64,000 nucleotides of DNA from a virus (lineage: Duplodnaviria > Caudoviricetes). The notes beneath the pieces were generated by a model that made no database searches, was not told where the DNA came from, and saw only the letters and a list, made by a program, of their open reading frames with translations. Below are positions 1-9,217 of the stretch, piece after piece. The stretch is taken from the IMG/VR virus record IMGVR_UViG_3300037067_021792; one strand, 5' to 3'. Both the position numbers and the translations under genes were made by a program. Position 1 is the stretch's first letter. Every line of letters starts with the position of its first letter.

Positions 1-12
1 GTTGGGTAATAT

Positions 13-195
13 ATGATAAGCCAAGATGACGATGCTTTGATTGAGAGATGCAACGAATTAGAGGATCTATTGAGATGCGTTTTGGAAGATGCTCGTGCAG
101 ATTATGAAGATGAGAAGGGCAAATGTTTTGTTTCTTCCGAGTTAATTGAGAAAATTTTTCGATTTCTTAATATTAAAGATCAAACTTTTGAATAA
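13..195 (+). CDS. small acidic hypothetical protein
   Basis: 60-aa ORF, co-directional and 3 nt from the next gene; no recognisable motif. Confidence 0.55.
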   Translation: MISQDDDALIERCNELEDLLRCVLEDARADYEDEKGKCFVSSELIEKIFRFLNIKDQTFE

Positions 196-198
196 TAT

Positions 199-474
199 AT
201 GATAGTCCGTATTATAAGCTCGAAGAATTGCTCAAAATGTAAGGGGTATCTTTCTCGACTAGATAAACAGGGATTTAAATATCAGGTTTATGATTCTGAC
301 GACCCTGCGAACAAGAAACAATTAGATGAATGGAGAATAACCGACCTACCTGTTATCCAAATTGTTGATGATGGTGGAAACGTTGCATATCCGTTTCCAG
401 CTGGGACGTATTCCACTAGATTTATCAACGCAAAAATAGACGAATTAAAGGAGAGAAGAAATGAACAAAATTAA
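199..474 (+). CDS. glutaredoxin/thioredoxin-fold protein
   Basis: N-terminal CSKC (CxxC) and LPVIQI cis-Pro-like strand; 91 aa. Confidence 0.7.
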   Translation: MIVRIISSKNCSKCKGYLSRLDKQGFKYQVYDSDDPANKKQLDEWRITDLPVIQIVDDGGNVAYPFPAGTYSTRFINAKIDELKERRNEQN

Positions 475-721
475 AATCAAGTGCCCAACGGACGGGCTAT
501 TAATGGCTGAAGCACAAGAGTTGTTTGATAAGTTATATTATATAGGATACATATCTTCTGATTCTTATCTTAGCACTTGGGGATTTGAGCCAGGTTTTGT
601 TTTCGCTCCGGCAATGGAAACAGCAGCTGTTTGTTCACAGTGCAATGGAACCGGCATTGAAAAAGTTCAGCTTCTCACATCTGCCAGGGAATATCCGTGT
701 TCTAAGTGTCAGGGGAAATAA
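461..721 (+). CDS. hypothetical protein with DnaJ-type zinc finger
   Basis: CSQCNGTG ... CSKCQGK motifs. Confidence 0.6.
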   Translation: MNKIKIKCPTDGLLMAEAQELFDKLYYIGYISSDSYLSTWGFEPGFVFAPAMETAAVCSQCNGTGIEKVQLLTSAREYPCSKCQGK

Positions 722-2632
722 GTGGATTTAAATCCCGAACAACAAAGTGCAGTGGACCATTTTTACGGGCCATGTTTGGTAACAGCGGTCCCTGGAAGCG
801 GCAAAACGGCCACTCTGACATCCAGGGTTATTGAGCTTGTTAAAAACAAAAACATTAACCCGGGACATCTGTTGTGTTTGACTTTTACCAACAAAGCCGC
901 CAACGAGATGAAGTCAAGAGTTGCGGATACTGTCGGCCGACTATCGGAAAAGATATGGATTAGTACATTTCACTCTCTGTGCTTAGCTGTTTTGCGTAAA
1001 TATGCAGATCGTGTTAATCTGACACCATCATTCTCGGTCTATTCGGAGAACGACCAAATAGAGTTAATGACCAAAGTTGCTCGTATGCATGAGTATACCT
1101 GCCAGCCATACCAAATTAAGCAGTTAGCCAAAATATCAAATGACTTCCGAGAAGATATAGAAGATTTTGATAAATATGTAGAACCCCTATCTATTATTGA
1201 AAAAGGGATACTAAAAGAATATTTGCATCTTTTAGATGAATTTAATGCTGTAGATTTTAGTGGAATATTATATAAAACATGGACACTGCTATCGAAGAAC
1301 TTAGATGTAGTGGAAAGATTACACTCTAAGTTCCAATTTATAATGATCGATGAGATGCAGGATACTAATACAATTCAATATGAGATCGTCAAGATAATTG
1401 CTGATCCTAAATCTGAAGGCGCTGGAAATATATTTTGTGTCGGAGATTTCTGCCAGGCAATTTTTTCTTGGAGGGGAGCAAAGCCAGAAAACATTAATTT
1501 GTTCAAAAAGGACTTTAAAAATGTATTGGAAATAATCTTGCCGAGAAACTACAGATCCACTAAGCGCATTTTAAGAGCTGCTCAGTCTCTAATTAGGAAT
1601 AATCCAGGTGCCGAGTCGGTCGAACTAATTTCAGATAAAGATGAGGGACATAAAGTTAATATTAATAGCCATACCTTTCCAGAGGATGAAATTAAATATG
1701 TTATACAAAACATAAAGATGTTGAGAGAACAATATAAATTTAATTGGAGTGATTTTGCGATATTATATAGAGTGAACAGTTTTAGTAAAACTCCGGAAAT
1801 GTTTTTGAGAAGTGCGGGCATCCCATATAAAATAGTAGGTGGATTCTCATTTTTTGACCGAAAAGAAATAAAAACCGCAATGTCGTATCTGTCGTACTTA
1901 TCTAACCCGCATGATACTGTGGCATTTGCAAGGGCCATTTCTTCGCCCCGCCGTGGGATCGGGGATGTGGCAATTGGCAAGCTAGAAAGAATATGTCACA
2001 AAGATAAGGTTGACATGATTGAATCCTGTAATCGTGCCAGTGAAATTAAACTTGGTGCGTCTGCTCTTAAAAATTTGAACGATTTTAATCATTTTGTAAA
2101 ATACTACCGAGATAAAATGCCAGATATGGGTATGTCTGAGATTACGACCGGATTTTTGTCAGATACAGGATATTATGGCGATATCCAAAAGGCAAGCCTA
2201 AATGATGCCCTGGAATCAAAACGAATAGAAAATTTAGATGAGTTTTTGAAAGGTGTATGTGAATTCGAAAAGCAAAAGCCAAATGCTAAATTGGGAGATT
2301 ACTTACAAAGTATACAAATACTAAACGATTTTGGTAGTGAATCTGATGAGGATGCAGTCACTATGCTGACTATGCACTCCGCAAAAGGATTAGAATTCCC
2401 GGTTGTATTCATCATTGGTGCAGAATCCGGAATAATACCTCATAAAATGGCTCTTCAGGAACGTGGTCCAGATGAAGAAAGAAGACTCCTATATGTGGGA
2501 ATGACGAGGGCACGTCGTATTTTATCTATAAATTACTGCACATGTAGAAGTGTATTTAATAAAAACGCCCAAAAGAACAGTATGATGAGATGCCGACCAA
2601 GCGAGTTCTTGTCGGAAATTGATGTTGATTAA
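722..2632 (+). CDS. pcrA: UvrD/PcrA/Rep superfamily 1 DNA helicase
   Basis: PGSGKT Walker A, LTFTNKAA, DEMQD, NYRST, TMHSAKGLEF, EERRLLYVGMTRA. Confidence 0.95.
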   Translation: MDLNPEQQSAVDHFYGPCLVTAVPGSGKTATLTSRVIELVKNKNINPGHLLCLTFTNKAANEMKSRVADTVGRLSEKIWISTFHSLCLAVLRKYADRVNLTPSFSVYSENDQIELMTKVARMHEYTCQPYQIKQLAKISNDFREDIEDFDKYVEPLSIIEKGILKEYLHLLDEFNAVDFSGILYKTWTLLSKNLDVVERLHSKFQFIMIDEMQDTNTIQYEIVKIIADPKSEGAGNIFCVGDFCQAIFSWRGAKPENINLFKKDFKNVLEIILPRNYRSTKRILRAAQSLIRNNPGAESVELISDKDEGHKVNINSHTFPEDEIKYVIQNIKMLREQYKFNWSDFAILYRVNSFSKTPEMFLRSAGIPYKIVGGFSFFDRKEIKTAMSYLSYLSNPHDTVAFARAISSPRRGIGDVAIGKLERICHKDKVDMIESCNRASEIKLGASALKNLNDFNHFVKYYRDKMPDMGMSEITTGFLSDTGYYGDIQKASLNDALESKRIENLDEFLKGVCEFEKQKPNAKLGDYLQSIQILNDFGSESDEDAVTMLTMHSAKGLEFPVVFIIGAESGIIPHKMALQERGPDEERRLLYVGMTRARRILSINYCTCRSVFNKNAQKNSMMRCRPSEFLSEIDVD

Positions 2633-3384
2633 TGCAGAAATCAGCTACTCGAAAATCTAGGGATTTGCAACCAGAGTACGATCTGTTTGACCTGAAAAAT
2701 GTTCACGCGGGAAGCAAGTGCTTTATTTGTGGTGCAGGTCCTTCGATTGGATTTTTGAAACTAGATGAGATTCATAAACATGTGGTTATCTCCGTAAATT
2801 CATCAATACTATTAATGTCCTGGAAAAATGGAGATACAAAAAATAGATATTGGGTATCGAACGATTCCTTGTGCATGAAGTGGGACTATTTTTGGAAGTA
2901 TGTATTACGGTCTAAGTGTAATAAAATAGTGAGAACAAGTTGGTATCGGCAGGATGATAGATTGCGAGGACATAATTTTCGGTATTTTAAACCTCGGCTT
3001 TCGCAGAATCCGCCGCTATCTAATGATGGTAGCCGTCTATGTAAGGTGAGTTCTGTTCCAACGGCAATTGACCTGGCTATTTTGATGGGATGTAAGAACA
3101 TCTATTTGCTAGGTGTAGATCATAAATTGCTTCAAGGAAAATCTCATTTTTGGCAATTCTTTTCGGCCTCTCAAATGCCACAAAGGATAGATAAAATGGG
3201 TGTTTATTACGTTCCTGATGTTTATCAGCAATTGCAAACGTTCAGTGAAAATATTCCTGTCTATAGATCACTGCAGGAATTATCCAAAAGATCTGGTTCA
3301 AATATTTATAATTGTAGCTATAGGTCCGCCGTTGATGTGTTCGAAAAAATTTCTCTGGAAAAGGCTTTAACTGAAAATGAGTGA
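2632..3384 (+). CDS. DUF115/Maf/MptE-like protein, candidate CMP-ulosonate transferase
   Basis: CFICGAGPS, ISVN, AIDLAILMGCKNIYLLGVD motifs; paralogue of 4156..4884; adjacent to neuA/neuB. Confidence 0.7.
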   Translation: MQKSATRKSRDLQPEYDLFDLKNVHAGSKCFICGAGPSIGFLKLDEIHKHVVISVNSSILLMSWKNGDTKNRYWVSNDSLCMKWDYFWKYVLRSKCNKIVRTSWYRQDDRLRGHNFRYFKPRLSQNPPLSNDGSRLCKVSSVPTAIDLAILMGCKNIYLLGVDHKLLQGKSHFWQFFSASQMPQRIDKMGVYYVPDVYQQLQTFSENIPVYRSLQELSKRSGSNIYNCSYRSAVDVFEKISLEKALTENE

Positions 3385-4168
3385 AATTGATTGGAATTCC
3401 GTGAAAGGCAAGTTAGCACCAGCACCGACGTTTTTTCGGTTTTACCAGGGAATGTATGAAATTAGGCCAGTTGGTCCTGCTATCGAATTTGACAGGTTTT
3501 TCCTACCTCATGATTTTTCGCCAAGAACAATATGTGTTGATAAATCGATCACGGATGAAATTGTTACATCCGCTCAAAAAATTTCTATACATTTAGCTCC
3601 GAACCGGAGGTATGCAATTAATGCAATTGATATGTCAAATGACCAATTAAAAGTGCTTGAAGGAGGAAAGTCTATTTTTTCTCCCCTGGCTACATGGTCA
3701 GTTAGTACGAATCGAGATCCGGGAGGATTCGAAGCTCCAGTATGGCAAATCCTGGTGGCAGGAGAAGGTATCGCTCGAAGATATTCAATGGCGCAATTGG
3801 GTTATAAACATTTACCGAGTAAATATATTCTCCATTTCGCACATCCGGAAGTATCTTCGAGTATTGATTTCTCTACTTTATATGATTTAAAATCTTCGTG
3901 TAAAATTATTAGCTCCATTAAAATGGCAAATAAAATTTTGTTTGATAAAGAACCCTCTAACTATAAATATTCGAATCTTGGGGACTTTTGCCCTAACTAT
4001 AAATATTCGAATCTTGGGGTCAATACATCTAGCAATAATAGCGATAAGCATGATTATGATGGAATAATAGATGAAATAAACGCATTGAACGAAAATCCGG
4101 ATGATATAATACCTCAGTGCAGTAGATTTACTGGATTCATGGATGATATAGATGAATGCGAAATTTAG
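3377..4168 (+). CDS. putative phage gp32-like single-stranded DNA-binding protein
   Basis: RRYAINAID...LKVLEGGKSIF...GEGIARRY pattern and acidic C-terminal tail (MDDIDECEI); next to helicase; recognition by eye only. Confidence 0.45.
   Translation: MSEIDWNSVKGKLAPAPTFFRFYQGMYEIRPVGPAIEFDRFFLPHDFSPRTICVDKSITDEIVTSAQKISIHLAPNRRYAINAIDMSNDQLKVLEGGKSIFSPLATWSVSTNRDPGGFEAPVWQILVAGEGIARRYSMAQLGYKHLPSKYILHFAHPEVSSSIDFSTLYDLKSSCKIISSIKMANKILFDKEPSNYKYSNLGDFCPNYKYSNLGVNTSSNNSDKHDYDGIIDEINALNENPDDIIPQCSRFTGFMDDIDECEI
3957..4019 (+). repeat. 27-bp direct repeat (36-bp period) inside the SSB-like gene
   Basis: CTAACTATAAATATTCGAATCTTGGGG at 3957-3983 and 3993-4019; encodes NYKYSNLG twice. Confidence 0.9.
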
Positions 4169-4884
4169 AGGAATTTAATCAAATACATCGGGGAGAATGT
4201 GCCTTTGTTTTGGGTAGCGGTCCCTCCCTTGCATTTCAGAATCTTGAACCTCTGCAAAAACATGTCACGATAGCTGTGAATTCATCTTACGTTGCCATGC
4301 CAAATGCAACATATTTTCTGTCTGATGACCACGATGTTGCCAATTGGTCATTTTTTGCGGAAAATTTACGAAATAATATTTCAACTACGGTTTTGCTTTA
4401 CGAAAACAAACTATCGCATGTTGTAAATTGGTTTGGAGGTCGGTCGGTAGTATTCCGGCATCGTACAGGATATAATTTAACCGATGAGTATGAGCACGAT
4501 AATTATAAAAATCATATTTGCCAGGCCCGAACAAGTCTTGGCAGTGCTATTCATGTCGCGCATATAATGGGGTGCGACCCTATTGTTATATTGGGCCTTG
4601 ATTGCTGTAGAACATCGGATGGTGTTCGTTGGTTCTGGCAGTTGCTCCCCAAAACCATGCATCCTAAAAGGTTGGACAAATATCCGATTGATAGATATAA
4701 GAAAATTAGGCGTAAAAATGTAATATCTGATATGGACCTCGCAGATATTTTAGATTATTGGAATATCAGATCTGATGAAATGAAAAAGAAATGCCGTATC
4801 ATCAACGCTTCCCCAGTAAGCACAATCGACTGTTTTGACCGAATGTCTCTGGATGATGTTTTTCGAATGTATAATATTACATGA
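4156..4884 (+). CDS. DUF115/Maf/MptE-like protein, candidate CMP-ulosonate transferase
   Basis: AFVLGSGPSL, IAVN, AIHVAHIMGCDPIVILGLD. Confidence 0.7.
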   Translation: MRNLEEFNQIHRGECAFVLGSGPSLAFQNLEPLQKHVTIAVNSSYVAMPNATYFLSDDHDVANWSFFAENLRNNISTTVLLYENKLSHVVNWFGGRSVVFRHRTGYNLTDEYEHDNYKNHICQARTSLGSAIHVAHIMGCDPIVILGLDCCRTSDGVRWFWQLLPKTMHPKRLDKYPIDRYKKIRRKNVISDMDLADILDYWNIRSDEMKKKCRIINASPVSTIDCFDRMSLDDVFRMYNIT

Positions 4885-5615
4885 TCGATATTGATAAATT
4901 TTTATGTGTCATTCCTGCTAGATGTGGGTCTAAGGGTATAGCCAGAAAAAACATGCAAATTGTTGCCGGCAAACCATTAGTAGAACATTCAATTACACAA
5001 GCCATTCGGGATGGAATATCCAAGAAAAATATCGTTGTATCATCAGACAGCCAGGAAATTCTAGATTTAGCTCTCAGCCTTGGCGTTATGACTCGGGATC
5101 GTCCTGCTGAAATATCAACAGATACATCGTCTACTGAAGCATGCCTAATTGATGCATATTATTCTTACCCATTAAAACATAATATTCATTCAATAATTTG
5201 CCTACAGCCAACGAGTCCTATTAGATTTAAAGGGCTCATAAAAAGGTGTATGCGTGAATACGCCGATGGAGGATACAATTGCCTTGTTACCACAACAAAA
5301 CTAAATGATTTTTACTGGATAGAAAGATTTCACGAAAATTCTTATATGTGGTATTCAACTTATAATGTGCACGACAGACCAATGAAACAACAATTAAGTC
5401 GTGAAAATTGGAATTATTTTGATAATGGGAATGTTTACATATCGAATGTTGAGATGCTATTAGAAACTAAGTGTAGACTGGGAGATAATCCCCGTGTTTT
5501 TGTCATATCTGAATTAGAGGGAATTCAAATCGATACAATGCAACAACTGTATATGTGCGATGCAATACTACGATCAATAAACCTAGATGACATGCGGTTT
5601 GAGTGGGAGATATAG
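4881..5615 (+). CDS. neuA: acylneuraminate cytidylyltransferase (CMP-nonulosonate synthetase)
   Basis: IPARCGSKGIARKN, RPAEIS, LQPTSPIR, NGNVY, QIDT. Confidence 0.9.
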   Translation: MIDIDKFLCVIPARCGSKGIARKNMQIVAGKPLVEHSITQAIRDGISKKNIVVSSDSQEILDLALSLGVMTRDRPAEISTDTSSTEACLIDAYYSYPLKHNIHSIICLQPTSPIRFKGLIKRCMREYADGGYNCLVTTTKLNDFYWIERFHENSYMWYSTYNVHDRPMKQQLSRENWNYFDNGNVYISNVEMLLETKCRLGDNPRVFVISELEGIQIDTMQQLYMCDAILRSINLDDMRFEWEI

Positions 5616-6496
5616 TGACACTGCATGAATGCAAAATTGTCGCTGAGATAGGAGCATCTCACGCTGGGCAGATAGAACGTGCTAAGATACTTATAAAATT
5701 GGCCGCCCTGGCTGGTGCTGACTATGTAAAGCTTCAGAAAAGAAATCCCATTGAGTGCGTCCCGCCAGATTTACGACATAATCCTCATCCCAACAATCTT
5801 TTTGCTTACGGCAATACATATTTAGAACATCGAATTAATCTGGAACTATCGATTGAACAGCACAAAGAACTGAAACAGTTTTGTGAAAATATAGGCATAG
5901 GATATAGTTCATCTGTTTGGGATATGACTTCTGCCAAAGAAATAGTGAGTTTAAATCCAGACTTTATTAAAATTGGTTCCCCTACTAACGGCAATTTTGA
6001 TGTTATTAAATTTTTACTATGTAATTATTCTGGGCAAGTGCATATTTCTACAGGGATGTCGAGTTCTGATGAAATTTCTTCTCTTCTGCACTTTATCGCT
6101 TGTAATTGTGATAATTTGAATCGTATTGTGATGTATCATTGCACATCAGAATACCCCTGTCCGTTTGATAGGTTGTATTTGTTAGAAGTAAGTAATCTAC
6201 GGGAAAAAGCAGCGTTTACATGGAACAGACCCTCAGACGAAGTCTGTATAGGATTCAGTAATCATGGTTACGGGATTGCATCAGATATTGCTGCTTATAT
6301 TTTAGGTGCGGAATGGATTGAACGACATTTTATTGACGACAGGACATTTAGGCATTCAGATGCTGCGGCATCTCTGGAACCAGATGGGATGAGACGATTA
6401 TGTCGAGATATAAAAGCAGTTCGATTGGCGCTTTCTTATAAATCTGCTATTACTGAAGAAGAAATGAACCAAAGAAAGAAATTGAGGATAAACTAG
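5615..6496 (+). CDS. neuB: NeuB-family nonulosonate (phosphate) synthase lacking the C-terminal SAF domain
   Basis: AEIGASHAG, VKLQKR, IKIGS, ISTGMS, HCTSEYP, GFSNH, IERHF; GTG start at 5615 after GGAG. Confidence 0.9.
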   Translation: MTLHECKIVAEIGASHAGQIERAKILIKLAALAGADYVKLQKRNPIECVPPDLRHNPHPNNLFAYGNTYLEHRINLELSIEQHKELKQFCENIGIGYSSSVWDMTSAKEIVSLNPDFIKIGSPTNGNFDVIKFLLCNYSGQVHISTGMSSSDEISSLLHFIACNCDNLNRIVMYHCTSEYPCPFDRLYLLEVSNLREKAAFTWNRPSDEVCIGFSNHGYGIASDIAAYILGAEWIERHFIDDRTFRHSDAAASLEPDGMRRLCRDIKAVRLALSYKSAITEEEMNQRKKLRIN

Positions 6497-7014
6497 TGAC
6501 GAAATGTATTAAGCTATTTTTGACAGATCTTGATGGATGTCTTACTGATGGCGGGTTTTATGTTCCTTCTTCTAATAATTTTGACTTATTTCTCAAAAAA
6601 TTTAATTCTAGAGATATGATGGGATTGGAACTACTATATAGATCAGGGATTAAAATAGGAATTATAACAACCTCAGTTAATGTGTGCCAGAATCAATTTT
6701 CACGATCTTGCCCGTATGCTACAATATTAAGTGGGCAAAGACACAAAGATAAGATAATTAAAGAAGTATATATCGATAAAGGTATTGCAGAATGGAGTGA
6801 TGTGGCTTTTATAGGAGACGATATCAATGATATTGATTTATTGAAATTAGTTGGTTTGCCGGCCTGCCCGGTTAATGCTGTGCCAGAAGTGCAGCAAACT
6901 GTAAGATCGCACAAAGATGGGTATGTTTCAATGCTAAGAGGCGGCGAGAGCGTGGTTAGGGATTTTGCTGATTATGTAAGAAGTATTTGCAATATTCCAG
7001 CGAAGTGGGAATAA
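6496..7014 (+). CDS. kdsC: KdsC/YrbI-family HAD phosphatase (KDO-8-P/KDN-9-P phosphatase-like)
   Basis: DLDGCLTDG, KFNSRD, FIGDDIND, ACPVNA, GGESVVRD. Confidence 0.85.
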   Translation: MTKCIKLFLTDLDGCLTDGGFYVPSSNNFDLFLKKFNSRDMMGLELLYRSGIKIGIITTSVNVCQNQFSRSCPYATILSGQRHKDKIIKEVYIDKGIAEWSDVAFIGDDINDIDLLKLVGLPACPVNAVPEVQQTVRSHKDGYVSMLRGGESVVRDFADYVRSICNIPAKWE

Positions 7015-7163
7015 TAAGAAGAGGTGTTTCGTGATTGAGCCGTTTGTATTTGAAGACAGAGAGTGCTGGATTGATATTCACAGGGGGAATATCTCTAAAG
7101 TGGGCATGGGGGTAGAATATAAAGTGAAGATAAAATATGGAGAACAAATTCATAAACTTTCAT

Positions 7164-8532
7164 TTCGCTGCAGTCAAGGAAACCGCTTGGTCTTCAGCCA
7201 AGCGGAGGAATTGACTGTCTCTCCTTTCTCTCAAAATATTTTGAACTTTTCTCAAATTCCACAAAGGAACTTGTATAATTTCTCCGTATGTAGTAATTAT
7301 GAGTAACTTAACCTACAACATTCAGTTACACACTCAATCAGCAGAAGACCATGTTCTCCTTCTGCAAACTCTTGTCGAACATCAAAAAATCTGGAACCAT
7401 ATCTCTAAAGATACCTTTCAACACCAGATGTTTAATAAGAAGATTATGTATGACCGCAACTACCATAAGTGCAGAAAACTCTTTCCTGATGCTCCCTCTC
7501 AAGTTATTATACGAGCAAAAGACTCTGTCTACGCCACCTACAAAGCTCTAAAAACCACAAAAATGCTCAACCAACTAGAAGAACCGTGTCAGCAAACCAA
7601 CTTAAGCATTCGGCTAGACAAGCGGCTCTACACCTTTCTTGACGGTAACAGAATTAAACTGACCACAACTGGAAAACGTATCATCTGTTCCTACCAGCCT
7701 TATGATAAGTTCGAGGAACTATTCTCAAAGTATTCTGCTTGTGATCCTCTCATCTTTATGAGGGACAACGAGTTTTGGCTCTCTGTGTCATTTGAAGTTC
7801 CAGAACCAACTTTTGTAGAAAACACCTGTCTCGGGGTAGACCTTGGCGAAAGGCGTTTCGCCGTGACATCAGAAGGTCTGGCTCTCACTGATAAAGATTT
7901 CCTCAGACAGAAACGTTCTCTCCGTTATCTCAAACGAGTCTTAAACTCCAAAAAGCAAAAGACTAACTCACACTCATCAAAGAGAAAACTGCACAAGCTT
8001 CGTAGACAAGAGAGAAACAAAAATAAGAACTTGTCTCACCATCTAGCTAACAAAATTCTTGAAACTAGTTCCAATACAATTGTTCTGGAAGACTTGTCCA
8101 ATTTGAAGAAAAAGAAATTGAAGAAGGATAATTACAAGAAGAGCAAGTCGTCCAAGAATAGACTTAGTCAGGTCCCCTTTGGGATGCTGTTGAGCATCCT
8201 GACCTACAAGGCACCTCTTCGAGGGAAGAGGATTAAAACGGTTAACCCTGCTTATACCAGTCAAAGAGATCATAGAGGTTTGGCTGGAGGAGAGCGTAAG
8301 GGATGTGGGTTTATATCTTCTGATGGAGTTATATTTGATGCAGATTGGAATGCAGCTATTAATATAGCTCGTAAGTATGTTCAGACTCAAGAAGCGAAAG
8401 GAGCTAAACACCCTGTCTCCTTTAATTTGCCGCTACGCGGCAGGTTAAACGTTACAGGCAGGCTGCTATCAACCAGCCAATCGTTCCTGTTAAGGAGCAA
8501 ACCCGACCGTCTTTAGCGGTTGGGTAGTTGAT
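7164..8532 (+). mobile_element. non-autonomous IS200/IS605-family (IS1341-like) TnpB element 1
   Basis: Left-end hairpin CAGTCAA..CCGCTTGG-TCTTCAG-CCAAGCGG..TTGACTG (7171-7217); right-end hairpin ACCCGACCG/CGGTTGGGT then AGTTGAT (8501-8532); no tnpA; boundary ambiguous within shared ATTTCG. Confidence 0.8.
7299..8516 (+). CDS. tnpB: RNA-guided endonuclease TnpB
   Basis: RuvC-I GVDLG, RuvC-II VLEDL, VNPAYTSQ, RuvC-III DADWNAAINI. Confidence 0.9.
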   Translation: MSNLTYNIQLHTQSAEDHVLLLQTLVEHQKIWNHISKDTFQHQMFNKKIMYDRNYHKCRKLFPDAPSQVIIRAKDSVYATYKALKTTKMLNQLEEPCQQTNLSIRLDKRLYTFLDGNRIKLTTTGKRIICSYQPYDKFEELFSKYSACDPLIFMRDNEFWLSVSFEVPEPTFVENTCLGVDLGERRFAVTSEGLALTDKDFLRQKRSLRYLKRVLNSKKQKTNSHSSKRKLHKLRRQERNKNKNLSHHLANKILETSSNTIVLEDLSNLKKKKLKKDNYKKSKSSKNRLSQVPFGMLLSILTYKAPLRGKRIKTVNPAYTSQRDHRGLAGGERKGCGFISSDGVIFDADWNAAINIARKYVQTQEAKGAKHPVSFNLPLRGRLNVTGRLLSTSQSFLLRSKPDRL

Positions 8533-8754
8533 TTCGAATCCCAATAGATAATAGATCCGATGAAATTACAAACGTCTGAAATGATTTGGTGGAACGAACA
8601 TACTCTGATTCCGACGGCATACCCATAGGACTCCTTGAATCTGCTCGTGAATCTGTTGAAAATAGAATTAACATAATCAAAAGCCTGAAAATATGAGTAA
8701 AATTTGTAATAAATGTGGCGCAAAATTAGATAAGACACCGAAAGGAGGCGTAGA

Positions 8755-9165
8755 ATTTCAGAATATTCATTAATTGAACTTGCTATGAATGATGGTGATT
8801 GCATCAAAGCTGCACTTGAGGAGCTAGGGTATGTCTATGAAGAACACAAAGAAGCATCGCATTTGAATGGATATATGGGGGACCAAAGAGAACAAGTGGC
8901 CAATATTATCGTGCGAAGGCGAAATGTTGGAAACGCGTCAAATGATATTGGATTTCTTAAAAAGCCCAATGGCAATTATGAAATGATAATTTCCGAGTTT
9001 GATAAAGGTGGAAATAAAAAACAAGCTGTTGATTTTATGAAAAAGTTAAAGCAGATTTATGGCAAGCATAAAGCTATTAAGCAATGTGCAAAAATGGGAT
9101 TCAAAAAAATTAAAGTTCAGAAAACAACAGAAGATGGAAAAATTAAGATAAGAATAAGAGCATAA
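8755..9165 (+). CDS. DUF1257/Ycf35-like protein, probable ATT start
   Basis: AALEELGY, ASNDIGF, YEMIISEFD, GKIKIRI; AAGGAGG at 8742-8748 sits 6 nt before in-frame ATT 8755 (ORF track uses ATG 8785). Confidence 0.7.
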   Translation: MSEYSLIELAMNDGDCIKAALEELGYVYEEHKEASHLNGYMGDQREQVANIIVRRRNVGNASNDIGFLKKPNGNYEMIISEFDKGGNKKQAVDFMKKLKQIYGKHKAIKQCAKMGFKKIKVQKTTEDGKIKIRIRA

Positions 9166-9217
9166 TATCATCTACTAAAGACGCAGATTTCTATTGTCGG
9201 AATCAGAGAGGTAATGA

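Larger units (their letters stand above)
7031..8696 (+). pseudogene. hypothetical gene split by the TnpB element (5' part 7031-7163, 3' part 8533-8696)
   Basis: Removing the element gives in-frame ...HKLSFRIPIDNRSDEITNV; TGA at 8577 then 38 more open codons to TGA 8694-8696. Confidence 0.6.

Noticed and set aside
7031-7306. 91-aa ORF as an intact gene or tnpA
   Set aside because: No HUH/Y1 motif; its second half is read-through into the IS left end
7299-8516. Cas12f/Cas-phi CRISPR effector
   Set aside because: No repeat-spacer array anywhere in the window; flanked by IS200/IS605 end hairpins and interrupts a gene
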